From assembly GCF_006345805.1 (NCBI RefSeq), contig NC_043005.1, forward strand, positions 11,470,001-11,534,000: a DNA stretch of 64,000 bases. The letters run 5' to 3'. Of this stretch, positions 1-13,832 are shown in pieces. This DNA is from Octopus sinensis (lineage: Eukaryota). Numbering within the stretch: position 1 is the stretch's first letter; the number at the start of each line of letters is the position of its first letter. Position numbers and translations under genes: made by a program. The notes beneath the pieces were generated by a model, which had not been told where the DNA came from, made no database searches, and was given only the letters and a program-made list of their open reading frames with translations.

Positions 1-60
1 ATACATAAATACATACACACATACATACATACATACATACATACATACATACATACATAC

Positions 61-91
<31 letters not shown>

Positions 92-130
92 CATACATAC
101 ATACATACATACATACTTACATACATACAT
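1..130. repeat. (ACAT)n microsatellite
   Basis: Tandem ACAT units visible directly. Confidence 0.98.
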
Positions 131-175
131 TTCTATCTACCTATCTACTTACCAAGGTTTCTGTCTCGCTATATA

Positions 176-1424
176 TTAGGTTGTTTCACTTGAAATGTCG
201 CATTTTTAATTGATATTTCAGTCATTTAAAAACTAAATTATGTACACCTTGCATTTAATCTTGACTCTTTTGCTTTCCCAACAATATTGGTATACAAAAT
301 TCGTTCCTACAGACCTCATGAAAATGATAACAACCAAACTATGTTGAGTCATTTTTTCGTATGAGTAAAAACTGGGTTACTCTACCGCAGATGCTCAACG
401 GAATATCAAGCGGGCCTTTGGTAATGGTTTTGTTGACATCAGAACTGTCTAGAGGTGGTTCCAAAGCTCTCGTTCAGGAGACGATAGCCTTGAAAATAAA
501 CCAAGGGGTAGGCCAAAATAAGTTATTCGGCACGATGGATTAAATGCTTTGTTTGAACAAGATCCGAGAATAAAGGTTAGAAAACTTTCATCAGAACTCC
601 AAACATCTCGCACAACTGTTTTTGGACACCTGTAAAAACTGGAAAAGTCAAGAAAACAGATTAGGTTTGTTCCACATCAACTGAACGATATAAAATAATA
701 ATAAAAAAGGGATGCCTTGAAGTGTGCTCCTTATTGCTTTCTCGACTGGAAAAAGACCATTTTTGCATCAAATAATTACTTGTGGTAAGAAATGGATACT
801 CGTTGACAACAGCAGAACAGGACAGTGATTAGATGCAGGAGAATCACCTATACCCTACCCAATCCCACCATTGCACCCTAAAATGTTAGTGATCACTGTA
901 TGGTGATCTGCGAAGGGAGTTATTCATTATTTAGTTTTACAACATGGAAAACGGTAACAGCAACATCGTACCGCCAGGAAATTGATTGTATGCATGAGGA
1001 GTTGTAAAAGAAGCAACCCAGACAAGTGAATAGAGATGGCCCAGTTTTGCTCCACGACAATGCACGTCCTCACACTCATCAAGCTACGGTCCAAGGTTGC
1101 ACAGCCTGAATTATGAGATTTTGCAACATCCTCCCTGTTCCCTTGATGTCTCTCCTACTGATCATCACTTATTTAAGCATTTTTAGCTTTTCATAAGCAA
1201 TAAAACATTCTTAAATAGAGAAGGCGTAATTGAAACATTCGGACAGCTTACCACAGCAAAAGATGAATTTTTTAAAAAGAAGATGGAATAGATGGCATAG
1301 AGAAACGTTGGGTAAACGTCATAAATGAACATGGATTATATTTTGATTAAATAAAAGAGTTCTCTAACACTTCTGAAACATTTTATTGTTACCTTTCAAA
1401 TGCATTTCATGAGAAACAAACTAA
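176..1424 (+). mobile_element. Full-length decayed mariner transposon
   Basis: TIRs ttaggttgtttcacttgaaatg (176-) and catttcatgagaaacaaactaa (-1424), flanked by TA. Transposase remnants FVPHQL (~666-683), ITCGKKWIL, LHDNARPH (~1050-1073) and HPPCSLDVSPTDHHLF (YSPDL-type motif), with stops and frameshifts. Confidence 0.92.
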
Positions 1425-1464
1425 TATATATATATATTTGAGTGTATGTGTGTGTGTGTGTAAA

Positions 1465-1760
1465 GGCGCATGTCTTAGTGGTTAGGGTATTGCACTCTCG
1501 ATTGCGAGATCACGTGTTCGATCACGTGTTCGTTGCGTTGTGTTCTTGAGTAAAGCACTGCACTTCGCATTGCTCTGCAATCATTTCGTCATCTGACATG
1601 TGACATCCGTTGCACCTGTACAGGGAATGTCGATTTGATGGAAGGATGAAGCTTATGTGTACACAAACATTTGATCAATGTAAACAAATCCTCCGTGTGT
1701 TTGTCCGACAAGAAACTGCCGAACCCTCATACGTCGTCTAACGACGGGAGAGTCCATGAC
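1465..1760 (+). mobile_element. tRNA-derived, CORE-type SINE (family D-like)
   Basis: ggcgcatgtcttagtggttagg head, gtgttcgatc B-box-like motif, ttgtgttcttgagtaaagcact CORE-like block; ends at a (TATG)n tail. Confidence 0.7.
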
Positions 1761-2009
1761 GTATGTATGTATGTATGTATGTATGTATGTATGTATGTAT
1801 GTATGTATGTATGTATGTATGTATGTGTGTGTGTGTGTATGTATGTATGATTGTATGCATGTATGTATGTGTGTGTATGTATGTATGTATGTATGTATGT
1901 ATGTATGTGTATGTATGTATGTATGTGTGTATGTGTGTATGTATGTATGTATGTATGTATGTATGTGTGTATGTATGTATGTATGTATGCATGCATGTAG
2001 GTATGTGTG

Positions 2010-2043
<34 letters not shown>

Positions 2044-2172
2044 TGTATGTATGTATGTGTGTATGTATGTATGTGTGTATGTAGGCATGTATGTATGTGT
2101 GTATGCATGTATATATGTTTGTGTGTGTGTATGTATAAATATGAGTGTGCGTGTATATGTATGTATGTATGT
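1761..2172. repeat. (TATG)n/(TG)n microsatellite
   Basis: Directly visible; source of the MYVC/HTYI ORFs. Confidence 0.97.
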
Positions 2173-2869
2173 AATGTGCAACACTTCGGGCGTCAGAAAG
2201 AGTGAAAATCGAATTAATCTTTACAAAAGATTTACTATGTGTTAAATAATAACGTAAGCATATTTCATAGAGCTTATATTATTTCATATTGAGAGATTGA
2301 TTCACGATAAAAATAATTTTAAATGCTAAAAACGACAGGGATTTTATTCCTCATACACGTGAAACTTAATTCGAATCTATAACTCAAACAGACATAATGT
2401 ACTCTCTCGTTGACTTTTGTATATGAGGATTTAACCGGATTACTTTTTATTTCTTTTGTTTTCGTTCTGATATCTATGTCGCTTATGAGACTTTAATCTA
2501 GCCAGCGATTTACAGACAGGTCACCGATTGGAGATAAGAAAATATTGTTACACAAATCAACTGGCATGTTTGTTCAAGACTTTCTGTTTATCCTCAGTTC
2601 TTTGAGATTATTCAGGCGGCTTATTTCATAGTTCTTTTATAGCTTTATAGAAAGTTAACTGTGATTCGCTGCCATTCAGTGTAATTTTATCAAGTGTTTC
2701 TACTGGAACCTTGGTCATCTTCAAGCTCGCTTTGTATTTGATCTTGTAACTTTGCCACAGTTTTCCTACAGTTATTCTTACATTAAATATTAAGCAATGC
2801 CAATAAATTAATCAAACAAAAGCATACAAACATGCAAACTGCAGGCTTTAGATTTATATTTAAGAGATG

Positions 2870-3105
2870 AAGAATTATGTACATTATTTACATTACTTAC
2901 ATTTGACGGATATTTGTCCTCATCTTGTTTGTTGTTAAACACAACGTTTTGGCTGATATACCCTCCAGCCTTCATCAGGTGTCGTGGGGCCAAGGGCATA
3001 TGGCGTAATAGTTAAGAGAACGAGCCAAGAATCCGAGTTAATAATAATAATAACATCGAAAAATACCTTAGGAATGAGAACCCAGGTTCGAAATTTCCCC
3101 AAGAT
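2870..3105. mobile_element. Rearranged repeat: minus-strand PLE-like tail with hammerhead motif plus plus-strand tRNA-like head
   Basis: Minus strand 2983-2870 reads gacacctgatgaaggctggagggtatatcagccaaaacgttgtg then (aatgta)n-like tail. Plus strand 2994-3105 has a ggcatatggcgtaatagttaaga head. Confidence 0.55.
2938..2983 (-). ncRNA. Degenerate type I hammerhead ribozyme motif (G12 to A)
   Basis: gacac-CTGATGA-a-GGCTG/CAGCC stem II-aAAA-cgt-t-gtgtt. Stem I gacac/gtgtt; palindromic aacgtt stem III; GAAA reads AAAA. Confidence 0.6.
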
Positions 3106-3524
3106 AATGGATAATTTACTATTTCCGAGGTTCCAGTATCTATGAATCATATGTAGCCTGGATTTTATCAACATACGCACACACACACACGTGGTGTGTG
3201 TATATACATATCTCTGTATGTGTGTACGTATATGTATATGGATGCACAGACATTTAAGCAATAGAAATGTAATTCCTCTAAGCAAGTTATTTAATCTTTA
3301 AGTGTGTACAAGAACTAAATAGATTGTTGGTGGCTGTGTAATAAGAACAAGTCAGACGATTAAACAACCTTGAAGAATTAGGAGGAAGTATATCAAATAA
3401 GGAATATACAGTTACTTTTATCACATGATAATGCGTGGAACATTTTGATTACTCTCTTCACCACGTCAGCCACTGTTGAAGTAAAAACAGCTACTAGGTT
3501 ATTGGAAAGGTATATCTGCAATAA

Positions 3525-3745
3525 ACATACATACATATATACATACATACATACATATATATACATACCTACATACATACATATATACATACATACATCT
3601 ATACATACATACATTCATATATGCATACATATATACATATATATATACATACATACATACATATACACACGTACATACATACATATATACATACATATAT
3701 ACATACATACATCTATACATACATACATGCATACATACATACATG
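3525..3745. repeat. (ACAT)n/(AT)n microsatellite
   Basis: Directly visible. Confidence 0.95.
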
Positions 3746-3879
3746 GCCCTCACTGACAAAATACCTTATCCTTCATCATAAAGACATGGTTGCCAGCACT
3801 GCCTTTGCTGAAATTTTAAGTCAAAAACAGCTTACACTACATCACTAAGACTATCATCTACAAAAACAAGAAGTCCAGA

Positions 3880-4135
3880 AACAAACAGAAGCAAGATCTC
3901 TGGCTTCGAAATGAAGTGGACGTGATTTCGGAATTTCCTTCTCCGAGATGGATGTCTAACCAAATTCGAGGGGTCTCTAACTCGTAGCCGTTTGAAAGCC
4001 GATGGCTCTACTGTGTTATTACGTCCTTTGACAGGTACTGATTTTTTTACCCAACCGGGTGTCCAATGAAAACCACCCTCCTCAACAAGCAGGCCTAGAC
4101 TGGTGTCTGGTTTAGTCACCAGCGGTTACCTAACA
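3880..4135 (-). mobile_element. Interspersed repeat fragment related to 35640-36190 (RTE 5'UTR-like)
   Basis: Shares gcttgttgaggagggtg..ttattggaca and gactaaacc with 36060-36125; abuts (ACAT)n. The RTE link is resemblance only. Confidence 0.45.
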
Positions 4136-4182
4136 CAAATGCATACAAAATACATACATACATACATACATACATACATACA

Positions 4183-4214
<32 letters not shown>

Positions 4215-4324
4215 AACATATAAACATACATCACTCCTACGCCTAAGCTCCTACGATAGGCTGAAAAAAGTTAGTTTCATGTGTATGTGGAAAAATCCCT
4301 ATCGTTTTTACCATTTTTTACCAT

Positions 4325-4521
4325 ATGTATATGTATATATATATATACACATGCATTATATATATATATATATACATATATATATACACACATATATATA
4401 TATATATATACACATATATATATATATACATATATATATACACATATATATATACATATATATATATATACATATATATACACATATATATATACATATA
4501 TATATATATACATATATATAC

Positions 4522-4567
<46 letters not shown>

Positions 4568-4720
4568 CATATATATATATATACATATATATACGTATAT
4601 TTATATATACATACGTATATTTATAGATACATACGTATATTTATATATACATATACGTATATGTATATGTATATGTACATGTCTATATATATATATATAT
4701 ATGTATGTGCGTGTGTGTGT
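4325..4720. repeat. (TA)n/(CA)n compound microsatellite
   Basis: Directly visible. Confidence 0.95.
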
Positions 4721-5794
4721 ATACTACATACATCCATAGAGTATATATTAGTAAACTGCTACTATTCGACCATTCTGAATATGAGTAGTCGTATGAATAT
4801 CCTCAATCACTTCATTCTTTCTCCATTGTCATTGATTTCTCCGACTGACTTCAGCCGAAAGATGTCACATATGAAGATTACTATCAAGACAGCCACTGAA
4901 TTATAACGTATTCTTTCGTTGTCAACAAACAAATCCTGTCACTTTTCCCGCCGGAATTGCTGCAATTACAATCTATTGATCTACACCAGAGCACTGGCTA
5001 CAGCTATTACGAATTATCGAACTAATTAACGCTAAATTTCGCTTTATGTTGTTGATTTTCCTCTAGGGTAGGATTTATGTATGAAATTATTTAAATGACT
5101 GGATGAAATAAAGGATGCAATGGCCGCTGAGATACATCATATGTCATCCATATCGATGTAAAGCTTAAATGCGTTACCGTTCACATCGTTTCGATGCAAA
5201 AGGAAACGAAAATGTGGAAGGGAAAGCATTTATAACTTCTTCCCTTTAAAATAAAATCACTTAGTTCAAGATAGTGATGAAGTTTCTATGTGGTCGTTCG
5301 AACTGCTAGAAACATACACCAAATCACTCTGAAGTCATCCCCTCCGTGTTAAAATTTCCTGCAAATGAATGAATACTGAATGTTCCCAGCTTGACAGACC
5401 TCCGACGGTAAATGTGTTCGTTGAGTGTTCACCTCAGGTAAACCGTAGTACCAAAAAGAACTTGTTCATCATCAAATCCACTACTGTTGCTACTATTACT
5501 ACAACGACTCCCACCTCAATTGCATTATCAATAACCACATTAGCAGTCACTACATATATTAGAACTATTGCAAAAGTATTCACGTGGTCGTTCAACCTGC
5601 TAAAAATAGAAACCAGTCCTTCTCAAGTCAAACAGCTTCTGTCTCAAAGGGCGGGCGTATTGAAAAATTTGAACCAGATATATGTCTGTGAAAAAAGAAA
5701 AAAAAAAAAAAGAATTATTATAGCTATAATATATCAGACCACAAATCTGCTCGATCGAAGCTGAAATAGAGTTGCTTGGCATATAAATTCACAT

Positions 5795-6181
5795 GTGGAG
5801 GCGCAATGACCCAGTGGTTAGGGCAGCAGACTCGCGGTCATAGGATCGCGGTTTCGATTCCCAGACCGGGCGTTGTGAGTGTTTATTGAGCGAAAACACC
5901 TAAAGCTCCACAAGGCTCTGGCAGGGATGGTAGTGATCCCTGCTGTACTCTTTCACCACAACTTTCTCTCACTCTTACTTCCTGTTTCTGTTGTACCTGT
6001 ATTTCAAAGGACCAGCCTTGTCACTCTCTGTGTCACGCTGAATATCCCCGAGAACTACGTTAAGGGTACACGTGTCTGTGGAGTGCTCAGCCACTTACAC
6101 GTTAATTTCACGAGCAGGCTGTTCCGTTGATCGGATCAACCGGAACCCTCGTCGTCGTAGCCGTCGGAGTGCTAGAGAGAG
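5795..6181 (+). mobile_element. tRNA-derived SINE family A (gtggaggcgcaatgg head)
   Basis: A-box/B-box-like head; 12 bp TSD ataaattcacat (5783-5794, 6182-6193); near-identical copies elsewhere in the window. Confidence 0.93.
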
Positions 6182-7199
6182 ATAAATTCACATTTGCTGT
6201 TTCTGAGCTGAAATCTTAAGCGCATAACAGTGGAAGATTATTAGAAAAAATTTCATGAGATTGAGTTCATATATGCTGTACATATCGTATCTCGTTTGTT
6301 GAATTCAGAACTTACTTTATTATGTTTCACATTTTAAATATGTTACTATCTACAATGCTACTATATATTTTTACTGTTACTTCCCAATCAGGTGACACAT
6401 AAACTCTGATTGAGAACAGGGCATGATACTACTGACCGGGGTGGTTCGGTAGGTAGTACAATGCTCGAACTCAGCTCTACAGTCTTATTAAACGCTCTTT
6501 AATTATATCTGTCACTGCTTGCAACAATGTTTATTGTATATATACGCATATAAGTTAATTGTATCTAAAAAATACAAACAACGTAATTACTGCTTACCTT
6601 TCTTCTGAAGCATCTTTTAATGTTACATTTTCTGCCGGTAGCTTATCTCATAACGACTCTGCTAACTTAAGCTAGTCTTCCTCCGTTTGCACACACACTG
6701 TAACTCTTAAATATATCTACCAAACATATGCACACCCGAATTCATAGTCAAAAGATACGAGCTTATTTCGACCTGTCGACACATATGCAATTCTTATGAA
6801 TTAAAAGGACCATCCGCAATGGATTCTTGACAAGTGTTTTTAACGGTCATTCAGCTGTATATTTTTCCATGTGCCCACACATAGATGCACACACACACAC
6901 ACACACACACACGCACATACATATAGACATAATCACTGGCACACAGGCACACACATATGCATGCATACACGTATTTTGAGAGAAAGAATATTCAATACGT
7001 AATGCGTGTTTATTTGTTCAGGGTTGGCGAACCTTTCTGGTGAACTTTGGGAGAAAGTAGCAACGGAGAATCTGATGTGTTTATTTATGTGTAGGGTAAA
7101 CAAGATTTATGTTTCCCAACTTTGTGTTACATTCAATGAGCCTGATCAACCATTTTGCGCATATAACGGTTATTTTAATTTTTAATACCCATTCTTGAA

Positions 7200-7405
7200 A
7201 AAGCCGTAAAGTTAGTAGAATCGTTATCGCGTCGCGCAAAATACTTAATGTCTTTGCATCCGTATTCACATACGGGATTCAAATTCCGCCGACGTCGACT
7301 TTGCATTTCACGCTTTTCGAGTCGATAAAATAAGTACCAGTTGATCACTGGGGTCGATGTTACTGACTTACCCCCTCCTCGGAAATTGCTGGCCTTTTAC
7401 CGAAA
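7200..7405 (+). mobile_element. SINE family B, degenerate
   Basis: ttcaaattccgccgacgtcgactttgc and taagtaccagttgatcactggggtcgat blocks. Confidence 0.75.
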
Positions 7406-7441
7406 TGTATGTGTGTGTATACATGCTTGCTTAAACAATAC

Positions 7442-7477
<36 letters not shown>

Positions 7478-7769
7478 TTATATAATCTATATATGATTTA
7501 TACATGCACGCGCGCACACACATTGACACTCACATGTCTGTATATGTCTATCCAAACGCATATGTACAGATGTTGATTGCTTCTCTGTGGTCTTTTATTA
7601 CATAAACTCTTACAAATATCATTTTAAATATTAATAGCATTTTTCAGGACAAGAAAGGGAATAATAAAATTAACTTAAAACAGAAAAGATTTCATGTGCA
7701 ACTTTAAATGATTAAAGAGCTGTAATTAGACTTCTGAGTCGGTCTTCTTTTAATTACACACACATATAT

Positions 7770-8181
<412 letters not shown>

Positions 8182-8192
8182 GTATGTATATA

Positions 8193-8224
<32 letters not shown>

Positions 8225-8535
8225 AAGACGCATAAGATCGTGAGGCTGTGAGTTCGAATCCCGGACCGGGCTGCGTGGTATGTTCTTGAGCAAGACGCTT
8301 CATTTCACATTGCTCCAGTTCCCTCAGCTGTAGAAATGAGCTGCGACGTCATCACTGGTGCCAAGCTGTATCGGTCTTTGCCTTTCCCTTGGATAACACT
8401 GGTGGCGTGGAGAGAGGAGGCTGGTATGCACGGGCGACTGCTGGTCTTCCGTAAAACAACCTTGCCCGGACTTGTGCCTGGGAGGGTAACTTTCTAGGTG
8501 CAATCCCATGGTCAATCATGACCAAAGGCGGTCTC
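8225..8535 (+). mobile_element. tRNA/CORE-type SINE (family D)
   Basis: gagttcgaatccc B-box and gttcttgagcaagacgcttcatttcacattgctccag CORE-like block. Confidence 0.75.
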
Positions 8536-8699
8536 AGCATATATATGTATATAAACCTGATTAATTTGTGTTATATAATTATGCAAGCATATGCATGTAT
8601 ATGTGTGAGTGTATGAGTATGTATGTATGTATGCATGTATGTATGCATGTATGTATGTTTGTATGTGTCTATGTATGTATTATGTATGTGATGAAAAGA

Positions 8700-8903
8700 C
8701 CTTCTCAAATCTACAGCTCAGAGACTCTACGGCGTATCGATTTCCCCGTTGGATTACATAGCTGTTCGTCGCGAGCCGTGTGGACCAACGTGATATGAGC
8801 TGTTTTGCTCAAGAACATCAACCCATTGCCCAGTCGAGGTATCGAAACCACAATATTACGATCATAACTGCAACAACTTAACCACGAAGCCACGTACCTC
8901 CAC
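8700..8903 (-). mobile_element. Degenerate tRNA/CORE-type SINE
   Basis: Reverse complement gives gtggcttcgtggttaag..ggtttcgatacc..gttcttgagcaaaacag. Confidence 0.6.
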
Positions 8904-9211
8904 ACACACACATACGCCGTTCAAGAATTTGGACCTGGAGATCTCCATTTCCAGCGACTTCGAGGGCCACCTCCCAGTGGTGTCGGGCGTCAACGAAGAA
9001 CCCTCGACTACAACAAGACGACCAAAGTTTTTTTTATTTTTTTACCAAGGTCTGGGGTCTCCCGCCCCTAAGCTCTAGACCATCACCTAATCACCCTTAC
9101 CCATCTTGCTGCTTAACAACAACTACACACACATACACTCCTAAGCACGTACACTTATATATATATTCGTACATATTTATATATCAAATACATTTATATA
9201 TAAAACAGGTG

Positions 9212-9622
9212 TCTTTTACTCTTTTACTCTTTTACTTGTTTCAGTCATTTCACTGTGGCCATGCTGGAGCACCGCCTTTAATCGAGCAACTCGACCCCGG
9301 GACTTATTCTTTTGTAAGCCCAGTACTTATTCTATCGGTCTCTTTTGCCGAAGCGCTAAGTAACGGGGACATAAACACATCAGCATCGGTTATCAAGCAA
9401 TGCTAGGGGGAGAAACACAGACACACAAACACACACACGCATATATATATATACATATATACGACGGGCTTCTTTCAGTTTCCGTCTACCAAATCCACTC
9501 ACAAGGCTTTGGTCGGCCCGAGGCTATAGTAGAAGACACTTGCCCGAGGTGCCACGCAGTGGGACTGAACCCGGAACCATGTGGTTGGTAAACAAGCTAC
9601 TTACCACACAGCCACTCCTGCG
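9212..9622 (-). mobile_element. SINE family C (caggagtggctgtgtgg head, internal CA/TA tract, (aagagta)n tail)
   Basis: Matches about 8 other copies in the window; cttgggcaagtg CORE-like block. Confidence 0.93.
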
Positions 9623-9739
9623 CCTCCTGTGTATATATGTATCTATAAATGCATGCATATAGTTACATAATGAGTTTGTTGTATGACGACGAGGCAGATT
9701 AATTTCACCTGAGTTGTTTTCGCTGCTAGTTACCTTCGG

Positions 9740-9903
9740 CTGCTGCTGCTGCGGCTACTGCTGCTGCTGCTGCTTGTGCTGTTGCAGCTCTTTCTGTTAT
9801 TGTACTTGATGCTATTGCACGGCTTGTGTTGCGAATCACGAAGCTGCTCAGAACACGGAGACCACCACCACCACCACCACCACCACCGCAACTACAGCTG
9901 CCG

Positions 9904-9953
<50 letters not shown>

Positions 9954-9974
9954 GCTGCTACTACTACTACTAGA

Positions 9975-10018
<44 letters not shown>

Positions 10019-10020
10019 GC
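9740..10020. repeat. (CTG)n/(CAC)n/(CTA)n trinucleotide tract
   Basis: Directly visible. Confidence 0.95.
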
Positions 10021-10578
10021 TTCCTAGAAGGCGCTGTTAATTTCGAGAAACTCAAATACTTGACTGGTCCCTTTTTTCGTATTGTCCCCTGAAAGCTGAA
10101 TGTCAAGCTATTCCAGTGAGATTGAAATATGCAGAACATCAATCATGACTTGACTTTGCATTCGATTTAATCAATCTCCCCATATACAGTTAGAATTTTG
10201 CTTTATTGTTTCTTCGAAGATGAAAGCAACGTTCTCCCTTATATGAGGATTGAAATGAAAGCAAAAAGAGACCTCGCATACAACATGTATTGTGAGGCAT
10301 TCTTAACTTTCTGCCTCTCATATTGAATAATAATAAGAAACATATGCCAACGACCGTGGTTCTCATCAACGACCTCAACTGCAACAACGATGCATGCAAT
10401 GAAGGTGCCACTACATAGCTACACTATATGCTGGAAATGAATGAAATCGCAACCGAATATTCTTTTCAGATTACACCCTACCACCTTAAAAAACGAAAGA
10501 ATACATTGATTTGTCCAAAATGGCTGTTCTGTGGCTAAACAATTGCAACGTCAATAACAAGAACTGCTGCTGCTACTG

Positions 10579-10611
<33 letters not shown>

Positions 10612-10634
10612 TACTATTACTACTACTACAACTA

Positions 10635-10672
<38 letters not shown>

Positions 10673-10702
10673 ACTGATGCTTCGGCCTCTACTAAACGGA
10701 GA

Positions 10703-11058
10703 GTGGAGGAGCAATGGCCCAATGGTGCGAGTAGCGGACTCGTGGTCTTAGGATCGCGGTTTTGATTCCCAGACCGGGCGTTGTGAGTGTTTATTGAGCG
10801 AAAACACCTAAAGCTCCACGAGGCACCTGCAGGGGGTAGTGGTGAACCCTGCTGTACTCTTTCACCACAACTTTCTCTCACTCTTTCTTCCTGTTTCTGT
10901 TGCACCTGTATTTCAAAGGGCCGGCCTTGTCACACCCTGTGTCACGCTGAATCTTCCCGAGAACTACGTTAAGGGTACACGTGTCTGTGGAGTGCTCAGG
11001 CTGTTACGTTGATCGGATCAACTGGAACACTCGTCGTCTTAACCGACGGAGCGACATA
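10703..11058 (+). mobile_element. SINE family A with small internal deletion
   Basis: TSD actaaacggaga (10691-10702, 11059-11070); lacks the ccacttacacgttaatttcacgagca block. Confidence 0.92.
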
Positions 11059-11391
11059 ACTAAACGGAGAGCTTTCAGAAATCGGAAATAAATGATATTA
11101 TCCAACGAATACGGAAATATTAGAACAGGCTAGACACTTGAATTAAAGCATGAAATACATATACACAATATACTTGTATCTACAAAGAAATGTAATGCAT
11201 AAATACAACAAAAGAAACACACAAACACGCACACGTATACTTTGCTGATTATAAATACATGTAATTACGTACGTAATATTTTGTCAAATAACCACCTGCT
11301 TATATTCCATTTCCACATTCGTATCCAATAGTATCTTGAAGATACTGAAGTAGCAAATAAATGAAGTAGCAAGTAAATGCAAACAAATGAT

Positions 11392-11755
11392 AGGCGTTGG
11401 AGTGACTGTGTGGTATGTAGCTTGCCTACCAACCACATGGTTCCGGTTTCAGTCCCATTGCGTGGCACCTTGGGCAAGTGTCTTCTACTATAGCATCGGA
11501 CCGACCAAAGCTTTGTGAGTGGATTTGGTAGACGGAAACTGAAAGAATCCCGTCGTATATATGTATATATATATATGTATGTGTGTATATGTTTGTGTGT
11601 CTGTGTTTGCCCCCCCCAACATCGCTTGACAACCGATGCTGGTGTGTTTACGTCCCCGTTACTTAGCGGTTCGGCAAAATAGACCGATAGAATAAGTACT
11701 AGGCTTACAAAGAATAAGTCCTGGGGTCGATTTGCTCGACCAAAGGTGGTGCTCC
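11392..11755 (+). mobile_element. SINE family C, 3'-truncated
   Basis: Collinear with other C copies up to ggtggtgctcc. Confidence 0.9.
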
Positions 11756-12299
11756 AAAAATGGATAGAATAAAGGGTTGTTTTTCTATAGCAGAGCATCA
11801 ATCAATTGGTAATACATATTAAATGTAAACAGACTATTAGTTATATTTTTCATCAGCAAAATGTTGGAAATATCAAAAAACGAAGTCTCGAATATAAATT
11901 AATCACCGCCCGTAGAGGAGAGTGAGAAACCTTAATCATCTGAAGGGAATAGCCGAAAACATTATAAATTTATAAATACTGTATAAATAATGTATAAATA
12001 CTGCTGAAATTCATTAGCGTTCCTCAGAAAGGAGCTAAATAGTAATTTAATATAAGCCACAGAAGATGCATTTCATATGGATTTATACCAGAGAAAGATC
12101 TGAAGTAACAAATGAGTTTAACTCAATTTCAATGTAGTGAAAAGAAATTTGCATTGAATATTTATGGTTAATTTGAAAATGTGATAAAACAGCTTCAAGA
12201 TAAAGTCCCAGAAAATGACTTGATTGTTAGCTATCGGTATAAAAGTTTTGCTTTTTATTTGTAAAGTCATATCTGGTAAAATATTAATATATTTCGTTT

Positions 12300-12508
12300 C
12301 AAATTTTGGCACAAGGAAGGCTAGTACTTCTACGAGGTGGATAGGTTGATTATATCAATGTCAGCACTCAACTGGTACTTGTTTTATCGACCCCGAAAGT
12401 ATGAAAAACAAAGTCAACCTTGGAGGAATTTGAACTCAAAACGTAAAGACGAAATACTAGAGAGAATTTTTGCCGGTGTGCTAACGATTCTGCCAGTTCG
12501 CCGCCTTA
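12300..12508 (-). mobile_element. SINE family B (older tail variant)
   Basis: Reverse complement has the aaggcggcgaactggcagaatcgttagc head. Confidence 0.82.
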
Positions 12509-13599
12509 TGGGAACACATTAATATATTAAGCTGACTGGTATTAACAGTAAAAATTCTAACATCAAAGGACACATGGCAAAGAACAAGCAAACGTTTCTG
12601 CCAGCTTATGTTAAGCAACTACTAATAAGCAAAGTGACGAAGGAGAAAGAATTTGGTTATAGTCAGGCTGGATTACCCGAATGTTCCTCATCTAAGGTAC
12701 TTTGGCATATGACTTGCTAAAGTTCAAGGGACGAAGTCATAGAAAAATGGTTTAACGTTAGTCTGACCAACCTGATGTGAAATCCAGAAAATGATTGGAT
12801 TTTCTTTCAGATATATTATTGCAGAAATATAGTTCAAGCAGACAGTCTCCTGCTCTGTAATGTTTATAATGCTTCTCCTATCAGTGAACTCTTATCATTT
12901 TGTTAAGGAAGTCTGAAGTGTATGTGGTTGGCTCAGCGGAAGTCAGAAACACCAATCTGACAGATAACCTCTATACGAAAAAAATAGACATATATACAAA
13001 ATATTTCAGAGATACGTAAAACCATGGTGACCTGATTAACATTTTTATTCGATATAGAGAAATCTACAGTTAATACACTCAGACAGAAAGTTTGGATTTA
13101 TAGCTGTGCACTTCAGTATGTAACGAACTGCTTTATTGCTAATCTTGAATATCTCAGTTTCACAAAACCAAAATGGTCGTAACTAACTAAACATTTAGAA
13201 CTAGAAGCCATTAAAAGAACTATAAAAATACATCAAAAACATTCAAAAAGCTTAGCTTATAGTACACACATGTACACACTATCGTATGTACGTGTACACG
13301 AATGTAGACATTCATATTCATGCAGGAAATGTCACCTAAACATGTACGCATGCGTAAATGCAAACGTATGCACTCATTTCATTGATGCCCATACTGCTTT
13401 AGTAGACAATTCCATGTGTCCCATTATCATCCATGAATAGGTAGATATTATATACATCCATCCATCCATACAAAGACACACACACACACACATTTATGAA
13501 CGAATATGTAGTTTGAAAATGCAGATGTATATGATCATGTAATATGCACATTGCAGCGAACTCAAGTTTAGAGCCCTCGCAATGTTTTAGAAACCTCTA

Positions 13600-13832
13600 A
13601 AGGCGGTGAACTGGCAGAATCGTTAGCACGCCGGGCGAAATGCGTAGCCGTATTTCGTCTGCCGCTACGTTCTGAGTTCAAATTCCGCCGAGGTCGCCTT
13701 TGCCTTTCATCCTTTCGGGGTCGATAAATTAAGTACCAGTTACGCACTGGGGTCGATCTAATCGACTTAATCCCTTTGTCTGTCCTTGTTTGTCCCCTCT
13801 GTGTTTAGCCCCTTGTGGGTAGTAAAGAAATA
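13600..13832 (+). mobile_element. SINE family B (aaggcggtgaactggcagaatcg head)
   Basis: 11 bp TSD agaaacctcta (13589-13599, 13833-13843). Confidence 0.93.

Noticed and set aside
1653-2245. Long ORFs such as MHTHIHT/MYVCMYV (also at 4277-4906, 51378-52003, 52773-53468)
   Set aside because: They are translations of microsatellites, not proteins.
5795-5870. tRNA-like heads as tRNA genes
   Set aside because: They continue into SINE bodies with TSDs, and I could not build a full cloverleaf or Pol III terminator.
5879-6130. Recurrent ORFs MFIERKHLKLH../MVVIPAVLFHH.. at several loci
   Set aside because: They are incidental frames within family A SINE copies and start at non-ATG codons.
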